Source: the human T2T-CHM13v2.0 reference genome, Homo sapiens. Taken from it: a stretch of DNA of 64,000 bases. Below, one piece after another: positions 11,788 through 26,895 of this stretch. The stretch is taken from assembly GCF_009914755.1 (NCBI RefSeq), contig NC_060926.1; one strand, given 5' to 3'. Under the pieces are notes generated by a model. The model did no database searches and was not told where the DNA came from. It worked only from the letters and a program-made list of their open reading frames with translations. The translations under genes were made by a program, and so were the position numbers. The first letter of the stretch is position 1. Each line of letters begins with the position of its first letter.

Positions 11788-14483
11788 AGGCCAAGCCATT
11801 TCTGTTTCCAAATCCACTGGCTCCCTCCCACAGCTGGATTATGGGCCAGTAGGAATTGCCATTTTCAGGGTTTTGCTGTCACTGTAGTCAGGACCATGAA
11901 GTCTTTAGGCACCTCCACTCCACACACCCCCTGGTGAGAGCTCCCATCTCCCTGTTCTGAAACAGCTCCCCAATATAGTACTGATTCCGGTTAAACTTGA
12001 ACCCCTGCCCCTGCCCCTGCCCCTGATTTACATGAGGACACTGAGGCCCAGAGGGGTAAAGTGACTGCCAGGGGTCACACAGCTAGAAAGTGGCGGTGCC
12101 AGAACTGGAAGGAGGCCCTCATTCCTGAGTCACGGCTTTTCCATAGCACAGCCTTATAGCCAGAAAAGCAGAGAGAAGGGAGAGGAGGGAGGGGGAGGGG
12201 GAAAGAGAGGGGAAGAAATGTTTCTCCTTTCATAGATATCCCAAGGAGGTGAGTCCCTAAGTTCTCTTTGTCCCCTTCACCACTACTAGCCCAGGTCTCT
12301 GATCTCTGACAGGCAGGAAGTTCCTGTTGATACCTAACCTCCATCCCCCCTTTCAAATTCCAGACCATTTCCTCTTAGTCTGTCTTGCCTGAGGAAGGAG
12401 AACAGCTTGATCACTCTCTTCTGCACAATGAATGCCTTCAGACCCTCACAGCTCATTATTCAAGCCCCCGTCCCCATCCCACCCCCACCCCCCTTTATTC
12501 TCAGGGCTGAGAATCCCAGGTCCTCTGGGCCCCTTTCCAAATGACTTCCATCACCACCCAGCAGCTGACATGATAAACGGGGAGTGGGGGCAGGGTGGGA
12601 TAGGCCTGGAGTGATGGTGGGTATCGATCCATGGGGATCCCACAGGCCAGAGCATCTGGGGATGGGGAGTGGGACAGGGGCCTGGGGTCGTCTTGATTAG
12701 CCCTCTGCCCTGGTGTGTTCCTTGCAGGGCCCAGCATGGAGACTGCAGACCTAGGAGCTGGGCGCTGGGTCTGAGCCCAGGCTCCCACAATGAGATTAAA
12801 GCAGGGACTGTCTAATTGATTCTGATGGAACTAGGAGAGAGAGTGAGATGAATGGAAAGTGCAGGAGAAGGAGGAAGGAGGGCCAGGGAAAGGGGGAGGG
12901 CAGGGGAGGGCCCAGTCTGGGAAGCCCGGTGGCATCAGCACTAGCTAATACAATTACCATCCACCCCCACCCCCAGCCGCTCCCACTGCAGCCCCCTCCC
13001 CTTCCTGGGAAACCAGCCCACTGGCCAGTCTGCTCCTGAACTGGACAGAGAGGGTGGTTGGGTTGGGAGGCACAAGGGGAGGGGAGCTGAGTTAAAGCTC
13101 CCAGTCGTGGGATCCAAGATGATGCAGAGAGGCTGCGACAGTGACAGTGACTGGCAGGGAGCTAGAGACACCAGGAGGGAGAGATAGGAACACAGGGGAG
13201 ATACAGATGGATTATCAGGTCCCCGCCCACTTCAGGTCCATCTATCCAGCAGCTCCCCTCCATCTGGCTCGCTGCCACCCCACCCACCTCTCTCCCCTTG
13301 GATCATCTCACTGGGCTCCTCCCCAGGGCCCACTCCCAGACAATGGTTACTGCAGTGTGAGAAGGAGTCTGGGAAATAGAACCCCAGGACTCTCCAGTGC
13401 CCCACTCAGCCCGGGGCCCTCAGTCCATGCCCTGCAGATAGCCAGAGAACTGTGATAAGGGCTGATGGCCAGGGGGACCCAGGTCACACAGACAGATCCC
13501 AGGTGGACCCAAGACTCAGATGAGGACAGGAGGAAGGGAATGGACCCCCCCAGAAAGACAATCCAAAATAGGAGAGGCACTGGGGCTGAGACCTGGCGTC
13601 AAAGACTGGAGATGTGAGCAAGCGCCAAGCCAGTGTGAGTGGTGAGAAGAAAACAAGCAAAGCAGCAGGGCAGGAGGAACATGAAAGGAAAGGGAGACAG
13701 GGAGGAAGGTGGGAGGCTCCTGAGCATCCATGAAGAGCAGCGAGTGGCAGTGAAGGGCCAGCATCCTGGAGAGGGGAGAAGAGTAAAGGAATCAAAGAAC
13801 GAGGAGAGAACGCAGCTGGCCAGCCAGGGAAACTGAGGCACAAAACAAGGTAGACACAGCCTCACATTGAGGCTCCAGAAGCAAGCATGCCTGGGAGCTC
13901 CCAGTGACTCCTGCCTCCCCAGGCTCAGACCACGGAAGGGACAAACCCAGTGGGGAGTATGGACTGAGACCCTCAAGACCCCAGCTGCAGCCCCTGTGAT
14001 CAGGAGCCACCCTGGCCAAGGATCTCATGGAACTTGATTCCTTCCTCTCTTTCCCACCCCAAGGATCCCAGACCCCTCTGTGATCCACTTGAACTTGGCT
14101 TCTGGCACATTCTATGCTCACTCTGGCTGGTGGCTTTAGGGCAGAGCAGAGCAGGCCCAGCCCCAGGCAGACCACAGATGAGGAGGTATTTGATGGAACA
14201 TCCCTTGGGCAGCCTAGCCCCATCCCTGCCAGGGCCCTGCCAGCCCTGTGGATGGATAAGCCTGGGGCACTGCCCCTCTGGGAGCCTCAGTGTCCTCATC
14301 TGCAACTTGGCTGCTTCTGTGTTTGGTTTTCTTTCCTCCCAGAGCAGTTGAGAGCATGCAGAAGAAAACATGTGAGTTGCTTCATCTCCACTGTCCCCAC
14401 CCTCACCTCCCAAAGAGAAGGATCCAGGTGCAAAGCCAGCAAAGAGACCAAGGTCAACTCCTGGCCCTGGCACGTGTGGGCCA

Positions 14484-14592
14484 TGTGACCTTGGGGAGTT
14501 ATTTTTCTATGCTGAGCCTGCTTCTTCTTCTGTAAAATGGAGACTAGGTTCCTAACCTCATGGAGTAATCGTGAGGATTAAATTAAATGTGA
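14484..14592 (+). mobile_element. MIR
   Basis: tgtgaccttgggg...ctgtaaaatgg...gtgaggattaaattaa. Confidence 0.7.
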
Positions 14593-15633
14593 ACATGTCT
14601 AGCAGGAGACCTGATTCATCGAGGTACCCTCGGGAGCTACTGAACAATATCTCAACCACAACCCCTCCTGGCTCTGCCAGCTGCACACTGCCCACCCCAC
14701 ACCCACTAGACAGACGCTCCCCGCCAGAGCCCTCAGCCAGAGCACACTGTCTGGAACACACAGTTCACACCACTGTCCAGGGAATGAACGCCTGAGGGAG
14801 AGGAGCCAGGAGTCCCAGAAGGTTGAGGCCAAAACAGCTTTGTTAGGAGATCCAGTTAGCAGGCTAGAGGAGAGGTAGAATGGAGGCATATGAAGAGGCT
14901 GGAACCCAAGAAAAGAGAGGAATTGGAGGGTACAATGCCTCTCAGTCCAAGAAGAGAAAGGAGGAAGCACAGCAACAATTTCCTGAGCCCCCGCAGCCCA
15001 ACTCAAGACAAACACCAGGAAACACGCTAGGACTAAAGCAAAAAATACTCAAGTCAGACATTAGGCAGAACTTCCAATGAGGCACCACACTGCCAGAGAG
15101 GCCTCTCTTTTCACCCTATTATTCCCATACTGTTCCCCATGCTCTTCTTCTAAACTCCAAATGAGGTCTGAGTCTTCACTGTCCCATGACACAGCATAAA
15201 ATCTCAGTATCAAAAGCCCTGGCTCAACTTAGCAAGAAAACAGGCTGGCCCTGCTGGCCCTGTCCCCAAATCTCCAATCTCACTTAGCCTGGAACTCACT
15301 GTATGAATTCTCTTCCAGAAACCAAAACCTATTTCCAGGGCCATCTTAGACCCCATGGGGAACGAGGCCGCTTCTCACGCAGACATCTGCTCCCATGCCT
15401 CAGAGCCCTTTCCCCAATCAGGCCTCACCTGGGCCACTCAGATTGTCCCCTTCCTTAAGTTTTCTGTCTCTGAGGGGCAGACTGAGGTGCACAGGCTGAG
15501 GATGTGAGGCGGGAGCTGGGAAGCAACTGGGGAACAGGAAGGAGTCTGGGACTTGGATAGAAAGGGGACAGACACATTTTCTTTGTGAAGCCAAAGGAAG
15601 AAAGCAAACATTGGCCTGGAAATCGATGAATTA

Positions 15634-15949
<316 letters not shown>

Positions 15950-17269
15950 TTATATACAATGTACACAGACACACATAAAGCACATGTCTCCCGAGGGACA
16001 AGGAGGGTCCCCTGGAAGATAAGGGTGAAGGCTGGGACCCTATAGACGGGGAGTGAGGGACTGGGAGAGAGAAGAATGGAAAAGGGAAGAGCTGGATCTC
16101 CCAGAAAGAGAAAAGTTCATGCTAAAGGAGCTTTCTGACCATTCGTGGACACCAAATGACGGTGCTGACATGCAAACTGGATGCAAAAGGACATGCAAAT
16201 GAGGTAGCTTGCCAGATAATTCTTAGTCTATGTCACCTTGACTATAATGAGGTGACACTTTGGGGGCTGCCCTGCAGGTAGGAACTACCCCTAATCCTCC
16301 TCCATGACCACCCCATCTCCCTGGAAAAAACCCCTCTTTCCCTCCAGGCTTGGGCACCAAGGAGGAGGACTCACGGGGCCTCTTTCCACCCTTGGGTCTC
16401 TTTCTAGGCCCTTAGGCCTCCTCATGCCTTTGCCCTGCCCACCCTAAACTTCCTCCTTCTGCAAGGGGCTTGCCCTTTCGCCTCAGAGCAGGGAGGCCCT
16501 GGGGAGAGATTTCTGTTGATGAAAGGAAGAAGGGAGTCCATAAAGGGGAAATCAGTTACAATCCTGAGGTCAGGTCAGGATCTAACTCCAGTGCCTCCCC
16601 AGTGTGTCCTGTTCTCTGACTTCACACCCTGGCTGATTGAGAAGTGCCTCCTGATACCTGCCCTCCCACCCTCCTGCTGGCTTCAAACCTCACTATCCTG
16701 TCAATGGCCCCAAGATCACACCTAAGACCAGGAAGAAGAGAGTCCAGAGTAGCTATCCCCCTGCCCGCTCCCCCACTCCCCGGCTGCAGCCTCCCCACTG
16801 CCCTACTCTTTTTTGCAGGTAAGAGAGCCAAGCCCAGAAATGTGAAGTGGATCCTCCGGGTGCAGTGGGTCGATTGAACACACATGTTGACTCTCGCTCT
16901 GTCTTAAGCCCCCACTAAAACAACAATAAGGGGTTCCTTTTTTCTATTATTGAAGCATAAATCCCAGAGGGAAAAAAAGGAGCGGAAAGAGCAATGAGAG
17001 CGAGCAGATGTTCAGCATTGTGCAGGACCCAGCCATGGCGGCTGTGGGGGTGCTAAAATATTTCTGTGCCAGTGGGTGAACAGCCACAGCACCCCACAGG
17101 CCCAATACGCCAGCCCCTCCCCTGGATCTGCAGGCCTCTCTTCAATTCAGCAAGGAAAGGGCCAACTCCTGGCTCAGCAGGGGACCTAAGGACCCCTCCA
17201 GCCTTGCAGTCCCGTCCCTAGGATCACTGGTTAAATAACTTGATTATCACCTCTGACAACAGTGTCAAA

Positions 17270-17892
17270 ATTCTGGGAGCCGGGGAGTGACAGGCAAATA
17301 GGAATCATAAGCCTGAGAACGCTGACCCCTGAGCTGCCTGGGGAACCACCGAGAAGCAGCCAGGTTCGCTGACAGCAGAGAGCCCCCAAAGGCTGAGGAT
17401 TGGTGGCTCAGATGCTTTTGGGGATAGGGTAAACATGATCCTAAAACAGGAAGGTTGGTAGAATATGGAAGAAGAACTTCTGTGTCCAGCTGTCATCCCT
17501 GACCCTGGGGGTTCTGAGTTAAAGGCCTGGGGGCTAGCAAAAAGTGAGTGTTTGCTACCTGACCGTGACCTGCCCCAGGCAGAAAAGTGGAGGCCCAAGA
17601 GCAGGAACCCAAAGATACAGACAGGAGTTCCCCCAGTGAAGCACTCAGCCAGATACCCCAGAGCAACCAATCCCCCCTTGACTATCCCTTTACTAAGGGA
17701 GCTTGCAGGGTAAGGGAGGAGAGCAAAGGCAATTCGGACGAAGCAAGTGCAATGCAGGAAGAAGCTGCAAGATAAGCAACCATTTACGTCCTCAGCGAGA
17801 TGAGAGAAGACAATGCATCCACGAAACAAGAACAGGAGGCTATTAGATAGAAAGAACATTCTGAGAACAAAAAAGGCCTTGGAACTGTTAAA
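17270..17892 (+). mobile_element. HAL1 / ancient L1 ORF1-like fragment
   Basis: gtcctcagcgagatgagagaagacaatgcatccacgaaacaagaacaggag...aacattctgagaacaa resembles recalled HAL1. Confidence 0.55.
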
Positions 17893-18668
17893 GCCCAAGT
17901 CCCTGGCAGAGCACTGAATAAGCCTGTGCCAGGCAGCCGCTGACCCCAGCCCCTTGCCCCCGACTCCTCACCACACTGGCAGGAGGCCAGGCCCTCCTCT
18001 GAGAGCTCTGCACAGCCCTTGGGGCTCAGGACCTCCTGATGGAGAATGAGTCCAAAATCTAGAGACCAGAGGGGAAACGGAGGCCCAGGCTTGGGAAGGG
18101 CAGGCCACAGGCCTGGAAGGAAGAAACAGAGGGGCTGGGGCAGGGAATGAAAAGGGATGGGGACTGCTGAACTGAAGAGTCTGCAGAAAGTCCCTCTGAA
18201 CTCTGTCACCCATGGACCCAGCAGAGATTGCCTAATAGCACCCCCAAGAGGCAGAAAGCCCCCACCTTCCAGGTAGGAAAGTTGATGCCCATAGCCTAGA
18301 GCGAGTAGAGCAGGCTCATCACTCAATCTACAACGCAACTGCTGCCTGGCATCTGGAGGGTCTGTGCATCCAGTCTCGTGGTCTGCACTGGGGTTCGAGT
18401 TCTGCCCTTATCACATACCAGCTAGGACTCCAGGGTGGATCCCGGCACCCCACGTTCCTCTCTCTGCCCACGTGTTGCCCACCAGTGCCAGAAGTTTCCT
18501 CCCAGGAGTCGCTGGGGCCAGGCCCTCCATCCAGGCTTCCAATTGCAGCAGGGTAGGGGGAAGGCCTCAGGGCCCCAGCAGACATGTCCCCCAAGGAGAC
18601 CAGGAGGGACCTGGAAGGCTAGACCCTGTCTCTGCCCCAGACTGCCCTGAAAGCACACCAAGCGTGGT

Positions 18669-18678
18669 CTATTTTTAG
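18669..18678. promoter_or_regulatory. MEF2 consensus site
   Basis: CTATTTTTAG = CTA(A/T)4TAG in GC-rich non-repeat DNA. Confidence 0.4.
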
Positions 18679-20419
18679 CCAGGACCCAGCAGGCAGCCAG
18701 CCACCCAGTGCTATTCTAGACTGTGGATCAGCAGGCTGGCCAGGGTGAAGGGGCACCGTGGCTGAGGCTGAGGAGTACCTCCAGAAGACCTCAGAGCGGG
18801 GGAAGGGCAGAGGGGGTTGAGGTGGGAGAAATCTGGGGAAGGCTGAAATACCGGGAGGGCAGAGGGTGAAGGGGCTTCCCTGGCACTGGCATCGGGGGGC
18901 GAGGAGGAACAGACCTGGCCTCTTCTCAACACCCAGGAAGGCAGGTGGCCTGGTGAGAAAGAGGAATAGGCACAGGGAGAGTGAGCTGGAGGAGGAGAGG
19001 GGGCAGGAGAGGGAGAGGAGAGAAAGAGACAGAGGAGTAGGCAGGGAGGCAGAGTGACAGGGAGACTCAGAGAGAGGTGGAGGTAACGATGGTGACAGCC
19101 CCTACTCCTGGGCAGGAGAGTCAATGTCCTGGCCCCTACCCCACCATGCCCAGGCCTGACGGCCTCCTCTCAAAAGCCGCAGCCTCCTTTCTCCCACTAA
19201 GGCCACTCAGCCTTGGTCTGGGAGGCCCAAGACCACGCTGCATCCCTGAATCCTTTCAAGACCCCTCTCTGCCCTACAAGTTACATATAAAAGATGTCAA
19301 GCTGGGACGTGGACACGCACACACGCACGTACACACATACACACACACAGGCACACACGGCCTCCTGGGAAGAGGGGACAATGAAGAGGGGACAGGGGTG
19401 TCCCTTTGTCCCCCTGCCTGGCCTTGGGAGCACAAATCCACACAAAGAGCTTCACAAAGGGCCTCTGGCTCACAGAGGGGGAGATAAATGGGGGGAGGGG
19501 CAGAGGGGAGCCCCCAGAGCGAGAAATACCCAGTCAGTGGCTCTGGGAAGCAACATGGAGGCCATTCTCACAGCCCAGAGGCAGCTAAAGGGCTTAGGGG
19601 GAAGGGGCAGCAGGCAAGGGTGGGGGGTTAGGGGTGGCAGAGATGGGGGATGGGACTCCATCTGTCAGGGGTGGGGAGAAAGCTGGGCCAGAAGTCACCT
19701 CCTGGTGAGGGGGCAGTCAGAAGAGCCAACCTGAAGGATGCTACTGAGGGAGAGGGAGCTGGGCTTCCTCGCCCACCCTGAGCCAGGGGGCAACAGGCCC
19801 AACCCCACCCCAACCTCAAAGAAGGTGACTGCCACAGACACTCCCCTCACGTGGCCTCACGTCTGGCTGGAAGAAGGGCCAGGTGCCTTCAGGCTCAAAG
19901 GCCAATCTGGGGAGGAGGTCCCAGGACAGGGGCAGTAAATTAGTCAAGTAAGTCAATGACCTCTTGCTACCAAGGGACCATTGAGAACAAGAGGAAGCCC
20001 TCCCCACTAAAGGGTCTAGGCTGAGGGGCCTGTGCTTCTCAGCAGAAAAGGCGAGGAGACACTGGAGAGACCAAGTGCAGAGGGCTGGGAACCCCGAGAC
20101 CAGGCTGTCATCCAACTCTGCACCAATAATGGAGAGACTGTGGGTAAGCCACCTTCCTGGGCCTCAACTTCCCCCTCTGTGAAACAGGGTAATTATGCCG
20201 GCTCAGGTCCCCCTTCAGGGCTGCTGTGAGCATCATGTAAGACTCTTTAATTTAAAGGCATTCATTATCATGATTGCTAACTGCCTTCTGGCCTGCCTGC
20301 CAAGTCAGAGACCCCCAAGCCCAGGGCTCTCCTCCATTCCCGGCCCACCTGTCTCCTGGCCAAGTCAGCAAGTGAAGAGGTCAACTAGATGACCTCAAAG
20401 GCCCCTTCCAGAAAGAGAA

Positions 20420-20600
20420 AGAAACTGATGTTTCTTGAGCACCTACTTCATGCTGGGAACTTTACATACCTTACCCACCTTAATGATCTCACTAACCCTG
20501 TGAGGTAGGTGTTATCATTCCCATTTTCCAGATGAGGAAACGGAGGCTCACAGTATCAGTCGGTGGCAGAGCCCAGACTTGCTGCCAGACCAGCCTGCCC
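20420..20600 (-). mobile_element. MIR
   Basis: ttgagcacctact...cccattttccagatgaggaaacggaggctca. Confidence 0.8.
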
Positions 20601-21959
20601 TGGTCAGGTCCATGCTTTTCCCCCACCAGCCCTCCTTGTTTTGTTGCCGTGAGGCTCTGAGCTCATCTGTCCCCACCCTTACTCCCAATGCCAGAATCCC
20701 AGAGAGAAGCTTCTGAAACAGCCCCCTCCCCCTACACCCTTCCCCAGCTGACCTCAGAAGTCAGCAGACTTCAGAGAGTGACAAAAGAGGGCAAGGAGAT
20801 GCCCATGAGGACAGAGTGCAGGCAGGTACCAACCACACTGCCTGCCCACTGTGTCCCAGAGCTTGGCATATGCTCTATACTCCGAAGCTGACACTTTGCC
20901 ACAGCAGCTGAGGTGGGCTCTAGTCTGCCCATTCTACAGGTGATGAAGCTGAAGATCGGAGTCACTAAGCAGTTTGCCCAGGGCACCCCACTAAGAGGTG
21001 GTAAGAAAGGACTCCGAGTCCCCATTCCCTCTGCTACTGTTTCCCCTCTGAGTTGAAGCCTTGGGGACATAGTGTGGAGTCACTTCAGGATCAAAGGGGT
21101 CTTGGGAAGGATGCAAGAGAACCACAAAGAAACCACCCACCCCCCCATCCCCCCACGGAATACTACCTCCAACACACTCATGCCCCTGCTTGCTTTGCTG
21201 CAATCCCAGTAAGAGGCAAGGGAATAAATTAGCCCTGCTTAGGATATTGAGTGGCTGGGGTTGAAGAGGCTGTCTGGGTGCCTCACACATCTCAATGCAG
21301 TCTGCCGGCTGCTGCAGAGGTGGGGAGCTGATGGGGGCAGTGGAGGCAGGGGACAGTCTGGACTGCTCTGACCTCCCACAGATGGCCTCAGCTCAGTGCC
21401 CAGAAATAGTCTCTCCTGCTCCAGCTTCATTCCCCTAATGGTACTGCAGCTTGGCAATGGCTCTGAGCACCCCTGCCCCACACATCAGCCAGCCCAGGCC
21501 AGCCCCAGAGGACACCCAAGGTTATTGTCAGGGGGAGGGTGAAGCTGCCCATCCTCCCGTAGCATGAGCTTTGGTGTAGAAGGCTGTGTCCAGGGGAAGA
21601 GGTGAAGGGTACAATGCCTATTCCTGAATGCCCCTATCCAGAACCCTCTGTACCCATGCCTCAGTTTCCCCTTAGCACAGAGGCATCCTAAGCAGAAAGG
21701 AGAAACGGGGAGGGGAACAGAGAGGGTGTCAGAGGCCAGATGGGATCAGCCCCCTAGTCCAAGCAGCACCATGTCAACTAAAACAACTGAGGAAAGGGAT
21801 ATTAACTCAACAGCCAAGAGCCAGCCTAATGGCAGGAGGGCAGGCAGCCAGGCTGAGCAGGCCTAGGCCTGGAGGGAGCATGATAGCCTGGGGCCCAGCT
21901 TGCTGCCTCCTTCTAGGTGCTTGGGTCACCCCTACCCACCCCTCCCATGCTACCTCTGA

Positions 21960-22392
<433 letters not shown>

Positions 22393-22513
22393 TACATACT
22401 TTAAAATCCATTGCTGTGTTTGCTGAGGCCAGACCCCCCCACAGGCTTGTCCCTGCCATTGGCAGAGTGCAGTGGTGATACTAAGGCAGATCCCTGCCTG
22501 GGAGACAGGGGAT

Positions 22514-22925
<412 letters not shown>

Positions 22926-24039
22926 TAAATCCCTTAGATAATGACACCACCAGGAATAACATCTTGATTAAGAGCTGTCAATATGTCCCACACTATACTA
23001 AATGCTTTTAGGACAGTGGAGGAAACCAAGGCACAGAGAGGTTACATAAGATCTTCATCAACACACAGCCTTTAAGTAGCCAAGCCCAAGTGGAACTCAG
23101 TGTAAGCTCGAAGGCCGCTTGTACACCTACTCCCTTACACTATAACACAGATGCCAGCCATCCCTACCGCCTGCCTTTTGGGGGAAGAAAGAGGGTAGAA
23201 AAGTGACTTGAGGCTCCCGAGGAGTGGACGAGACAGACTCACAAGAAGACACAGATGGAACACGAGAGTGACAGAAGGAGAGAAAGGAGGCAGACAGGAG
23301 ACCAGAGGAGACCAGGAGCCTGCTCTGGGCCCGAGAATCCTGACCCTGCAAGTGAAAGCTCCTCTACCTCCCCAGGGCAGGCCAGGTTGGAATATTGGGC
23401 CCAAGGAAGCAGTAGAGAAAGGAAAAGGTGGCTGTAGGGCACTTTCCCACCCAACCACTTCTGGCCATCCTTGACCAAACACTCCGTATCCCTACCTCCC
23501 TCCAGCCCTTTTCCCACCCACCGCGTATGTCAGGAGGCTGCGCCACAGGTGCCCTTTGCAGCACCCAGATCAGGAGACTCCAGTCCCACTCTTCCCTCCT
23601 CTCCTTCCCCTCCAAACCCTCAAGGGCAGGGCAGACATGCCTGGCCTGGGTCTAAGGTCCCAAGAAAGCCAGGCCTGTCCCTTGCCCATCCCCCATGGGA
23701 ATGACGTCTGGGTTGGCAGCAGGTGAAACTGAGCCAAGAGGACATGGCGGAGGGCCAGCCACACGAGGTGAGCTCTTGGCTCAGATACTGGCCTGGCGGG
23801 CTCAAGTTCTTGGGGCTACTGGCTGGGGTGTTGAGGGCTTGGTGGAGGGGAAGTCAGGGAGGAGGAAGGGCAGCCGGCTTCTGGGGGCCCACGAAGGGAG
23901 GAGAGACTTTACGGCAAACACAATACCTGTACCGCACCCCACCCCACAAACACACACACACACACGCTCATTCTTGTTTGGCCCAGCCATGTGAGGACAC
24001 CTACCAGCTGCTCCAGTCACCCTACACCCCCCTGTCGTC

Positions 24040-24480
24040 TTCCACCCTGAGCCAGGGATAGTTTAAATCATCGGTCCCTCTCTGGGGGGCCTTTCAGGGA
24101 CTCCACGGCCTACACGATAAGTGTAAAGCCCAAACTCTTCAGCTTGGCATTCAAGGCCCTTTGCATGTAGACTCACCTCGTTCCCAGCTTCTGATCCTGC
24201 CTCTCCCCCGACCCTACTCTGCACCCACACTTAACCACTCCACTCCCTGAAGGGGCCACATGCTTCTAGCACCTCTGCACCTGACTGAAATGGCCTTGCC
24301 CCTCCCTCTGGGAAGGTGAACTCCTGCTGAAACTTTTAAGAACTTGTTCAAAGTGTCGCCTCCTCTGGGAGGGCTTTCCAGACTGTCCCAAGCAGAACAG
24401 GTCAGTCCCTGCTCTAGAAACAGGTGACAGCCCTCGGCACATTGTCTCAGGGTGATGTGTTGGACCCTCTGCCTCCCGCA
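24040..24480 (+). mobile_element. L2 fragment
   Basis: gcccaaactcttcagcttggcattcaaggccc...gttcaaagtgtcgcctcctctgggagggctttcc. Confidence 0.6.
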
Positions 24481-26239
24481 CTGACTTCCCAGAAGAGGTT
24501 GGGGTAGAGATGTCATGTGTATGCATGGGGCTTGGCAGAGGTGAGGGGACGGTGGGAGTGGAGGGTGGATAGGGAAAGAGAAGGTGGCAGATGAGTGGAG
24601 GAAGAGATGAGCAGAAAGGCAGAGGGGCTGAAAGGTGAGCAGACAGGTGAGGATTCAGAGGCTTCCCCAGTGCATAGCCAGCATCCACCCAGAGGCTCCA
24701 GGCCAGAGGCCCTGCAGACTGCAGGCTGGGCCAGAGGACTCTAAGGAATCAGGATACTCTCCAGGCCACACTGGACCCCTCTCAATTTCAGCCATGGCAG
24801 GAAGAGGTGGGTAAAGTAGGATTTGGTGGCAACGCTCAGAAGTTCCTGGGAAAGGATGCTGGTAGGAAGGCCCAGACAAGCTGGCCTGGAGGACACCGCT
24901 TTCCAGCATCCTGGTGACTGCCACCTCTGCCAGCCCCAGCTGGTCACCAGGCTCTAAAGTCTTTTCTCATGCTCTTCAAACCTCAAAAAGTCCTTCTGTC
25001 AGTTGACTTCACCTGACCCTGCACACATTCTTATCTGACTTCCAGCCATGCATGAGCTGGCCCCCACTGGCCTTACTCCACCCCCCATCCCCACACCTGC
25101 ACCCTCCTGCTGGGTGCCCAGAGAAGCTCAGGCCCAGATGGGCCCAGGGGAGACCTCTATTTCCCAGACAGAACAGCTCCACCCCGTACAGCAGGCCACC
25201 CGGGCCTATCACCACCATCCTCTTGCACTTGCCCTATCTGCATTCTCTCTCCTGTCTGTGGGGTCTCTACCTGTCCACCTCTCACCATTCATCCAGCCAT
25301 CCCTTGGGCAACCTTTATTGAGTATCCAGATGTCACAGGTTCTTTGCTAAGTGCCTGGGATACCAGGTTCACTAAAGCTTGGCACTGGCCTGAAAACCCT
25401 GGCTCATGGGCTTACTGGGGAGGCACACTTTAAACAGACAGCAGCAGAAGCACCCAGCACTCTCATATCTCAGGCCAGAAAAGGACCCTAGAGCTTGGGG
25501 TCTTCCATCCCCTATCCTTGGGGTAGATTTGCAGCTTCCTGCTCTGGGCTTTACAGCTACTCAGGCTGGGAGGCAGAAGGGCTGGCCAAAAGCACCAGGC
25601 TGGGGTCTTGGGGGTGGAGGTGAATTTAAAAATCAGAGCTGGGACAGTCAGCAAGGGGACCTGGCCCCTAAGCATAGCCTGGGTCCCCTTTCCTCCCCAC
25701 TACTTGGCCTCTCTGAAGATGGCAGCCTATACTTCCCACTCACAGGCTGCGGCCCCTCTGGGGTCTGCCTTAGCTTGCCTGCCCTTGGCACCAGGCTCTG
25801 TCCCAGTGCCAGGAGCCCTGGGCAAGTTCATACATCAAACGAGGAGGCAGTGGCTGGCTTCTTTCCCTTCCGGAAATAGCAAACAAATAGAGGGTGCAGC
25901 CCTATCTTCAGCCTCACGCCCTCCTGCCCCTGCTAGGGACTCAGGCCTGCCCCCAGAGAGTGAGTAAGACTTAGAGAGGTGATCGGTGGACCCCCACCCA
26001 CCCCACTCCAATGCAGGACTCCAGAGCTTCTTTCTCCTTTCCCTCCTGAGGCACAAGGCCGGGGGCAAGTGAATTGAGAAGAATCATTACAAAGGGACAT
26101 AAGAGGATGCTAGAGAATCTTCTCCCATCCCCAAGGCATCCCTCCCCCCATCAAGGTGCTGAAGTTCTCCCTTCATTGAATGATTCCTTTGATTCCGAGA
26201 CACGTGGGTCTTCCAGAGACATCATCAAAATGGAGGGAT

Positions 26240-26745
26240 ACATATACCAAACAGAAATCTGGCTTCATGATCTTCAAAACACATGCATGAAAGTGTTCTT
26301 AGCAGTGCTACTCACAGTAGCCCAAAACTAGAAATGACTCGAACGCCTGTCAATAGCAGAATGGATAAATGGACAGCGTGTCTTCACACAGTGGGACGCT
26401 GTCCAGCAATGAGAAGGAACGCTCAAGACCACACCCAGGAATATAGATAAAGTTCACAACCATGATATTGAGCACAAAAGAATACATATGATGTGCTCCA
26501 CTGATTACAAGTGCCATTCATTTATTAGACATTCTAGAACAAGTAACTCCCTGTGGTTAGAAGTCGGGATCGCGCACTGCCCTCCAAGGGGGATTAGTGA
26601 CTGGAAGGGGCAGGAGGCACATTCTGAGAGCTGTCACTGTTCTGTTTCTAGACTCTGCATGCCAAGTATGTGAGTACGTGCGTGTGTTCAGTCAGTGGGA
26701 AGTTTGTACACTTTTCTGTGTTTAGGAAATATTTCAACACACTAA
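26240..26745 (+). mobile_element. L1ME-like 3' fragment
   Basis: cagtagcccaaaactagaaa...caatagcagaatggataaat...tgtacacttttctgt. Confidence 0.65.
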
Positions 26746-26895
26746 TACAGACAAATGCCTTCACAGCCACCCTCTCTGTGAGATGAGAGGGGTTATTTTC
26801 AACTTCCTCCTGCTCCTCGTCCACATCCAAGCCATCTCCATGTCCAGTCCTTTCTCCCAAGTTAGTCATGGCCCCACTCAGCCCTCTCCCTGGCT
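26644..26895 (+). repeat. Local low-copy duplication, copy A (copies B 61931-62055 and C 63754-64000)
   Basis: Shared strings such as cagtcagtgggaa..ttgtacacttttctgt, tgtgagatgagag, caagccatctcc and ttagtc(a/g)tggccccact. Confidence 0.85.
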
